In this document: positions 62,473-64,000 of the stretch, piece after piece
Position numbering within the stretch: position 1 is the first letter of the stretch
Layout of the letters: the number at the start of each line of letters is the position of its first letter
Assembly (NCBI GenBank): GCA_963745035.1
Contig: CAVUVW010000014.1
Location: forward strand, 128,001 to 192,000
Source of the DNA: an uncultured delta proteobacterium
GTDB lineage: Bacteria > Desulfobacterota > Binatia > UBA9968
Reading direction: 5' to 3'
DNA length: 64,000 nucleotides
Program-made: the position numbers and the translations under genes
Notes under the pieces: model-generated
What the model saw: the letters and a program-made list of their open reading frames with translations, nothing else
The model's database searches: none
What the model was told of the DNA's origin: nothing

Positions 62473-63363
62473 GTGAAAAAAGTGGTGGTTACGGGAGGCA
62501 GCGGCAGGTTGGGGCAATTCGTGATTCGCGATCTGCTCGCTCACAAGTATCAAGTCCTCAGTCTCGACCGCGTCGCGCCGCGCGAAAAACTGTGCGCGAG
62601 TTGGCTGGTCGATTTGCGCCACTCGGGCGATCTCTTCGAGGCGCTGAGAAATGCCTACGGCGTCATTCATCTCGGCGCTTATCAGGCGCCCAATCTTGCC
62701 CCGGACGCGGAAACCCTGAGCAACAACGTGTCGGTGACCTACAACGTGCTGCGCGCCGCGGCCGATTCCAAGGTCAAAAAAGTCGTGCTGGCATCGAGCA
62801 CGGCGGCCTTCGGGTTTATCTACGCGACCAAGCTCTGGGCGCCGGAGTACCTGCCGCTTGACGAAGATCACCCGTCGCTGCCGCAGGATTCCTACGGCCT
62901 CTCGAAAGTTCTCGGCGAGCGCATCGCCGATTCGATCGTTTCGCTCAGCCCCGCGATGACCATCAGCAGCCTGCGCTTTCCCGGGGTCAATTTCGATTTG
63001 AGCTATGAAAGCTTCCGCGAGCGCTGGCGCAACCCGGCTTCGCGCGCCAGCGGGTTTTGGACTTATATCGACGCGCGCGACGCGGCGACGACCTGCCGCC
63101 TGGCGCTGGAAGCCAAGTTCAGGGGCCATGAAGTGTTCATCGCCTCGGCGCCCAAAAACTGCATGATTCAACCGAGCCTGGAGCTGGTCAAAAAATACCT
63201 TCCCAAGGGAGCGCGGATCAAGAACGTCGCCGGTACTCATTGGAGCTGCGTCGATTCGAGCAAAGCCCGGCGCATGCTCGGCTTCCAACCGCGGCATATT
63301 TGGCAGGATTATCTGCCGGAAGGAAAAGCACAGCGCCGGCGATTAAAACCGATCTCGAAGTAA
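62473..63363 (+). CDS. NAD-dependent epimerase/dehydratase family protein
   Basis: VTGGSGRLG, IHLGA, LASS, YGLSK. Confidence 0.9.
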   Translation: MKKVVVTGGSGRLGQFVIRDLLAHKYQVLSLDRVAPREKLCASWLVDLRHSGDLFEALRNAYGVIHLGAYQAPNLAPDAETLSNNVSVTYNVLRAAADSKVKKVVLASSTAAFGFIYATKLWAPEYLPLDEDHPSLPQDSYGLSKVLGERIADSIVSLSPAMTISSLRFPGVNFDLSYESFRERWRNPASRASGFWTYIDARDAATTCRLALEAKFRGHEVFIASAPKNCMIQPSLELVKKYLPKGARIKNVAGTHWSCVDSSKARRMLGFQPRHIWQDYLPEGKAQRRRLKPISK

Positions 63364-63485
63364 TCTGGATCGGCCCGCTTGACGCCCATGCGGCGCTTCA
63401 ACTAGCGTGGGGCGGGTTCGCGGTCGCCGGAAACGTTGCCGGCGCGTAGACGATTAGAACCTCAAACTCGAATAAGGAGCTGCCC

Positions 63486-64000
63486 ATGCTTCTCGTTGGT
63501 TCGCGCGCGGTTTTTCTCGCCGCGTTCTTGAACTTACTCTGCTCCGCTGATCTCGCGGCGCAGCAGCCGGCGAAGGCTTCCTTCGATGAAAAAGCCGTCG
63601 GCGATTTTTATCGCGGCAAGACGATCAGAGTCATCATCGGTTCGGGAGCGGGCGGCACGTACGATATCTACTCCCGACTGATGGCGAAACATATGCCGCG
63701 GTTTGTCCCCGGCAACCCGACCTTGCTGGTCGTGCCACGGCCCGGCGCGGGCGGCCTGATCGCAGCCAACGCGGTTTACAATTCCGAGCCCAAGGACGGC
63801 ACGGTGATCGGCTCGTTCGGTGAGACCTTCGTGTTGCGCCAGGCAATGGGCGCGCCCGGTATCCAATTCGACTCCGCGAAATTTCAATGGCTCGGCGCTG
63901 CCATCAACGCGCCGCTCGCCTGCGTCGCCCGTACCGACTCCGCCATTTCTACGTTTCAGGACGCGATAGACGGCAAGCCCTTCACCGTCGGCACCATGGC
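63486..64000 (+). CDS. Bug/TctC family substrate-binding protein (partial, runs off window)
   Basis: AAGGAG RBS; FYRGKTIRVIIGSGAGGTYD...PGNP...PGAGG...PKDGT. Confidence 0.88.
   Translation, partial: MLLVGSRAVFLAAFLNLLCSADLAAQQPAKASFDEKAVGDFYRGKTIRVIIGSGAGGTYDIYSRLMAKHMPRFVPGNPTLLVVPRPGAGGLIAANAVYNSEPKDGTVIGSFGETFVLRQAMGAPGIQFDSAKFQWLGAAINAPLACVARTDSAISTFQDAIDGKPFTVGTM

Overview
GC-rich bacterial chromosome segment; gene content (many orphan ABC_sub_bind, NMT1/SsuA and Bug/TctC solute-binding proteins, Mo-hydroxylases, frmA) suggests Candidatus Binatia or a related deltaproteobacterium (inference). About 1-11 kb is an accessory region: four frameshifted paralogous ABC solute-binding genes and an AT-richer serpin, each junction marked by a conserved GATTGAACTG...CAGTTCAATC hairpin plus a shared ~110-nt leader, resembling a cassette array. 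The rest is mostly housekeeping and metabolism (glnE, lpxA, yacG, coxMSL-like operon, tRNA-Gly, PTPS, pyrD, frmA, olsBA, rlmE, galT, glmS, glmU, moaBDE, hemW, cls). Highlights: a sigma54 promoter plus c-di-GMP-II riboswitch and terminator ahead of a kelch/Ig-repeat adhesin; a Co-type nitrile hydratase alpha subunit with a triplicated N-terminal extension and only a beta C-terminal SH3 partner, next to an atypical asparaginase-fold protein and a thiol-dioxygenase-like cupin; a PTPS-III; and an unannotated 53-aa Cys-rich microprotein. Single-base frameshifts also hit housekeeping genes, so many are probably sequencing errors.
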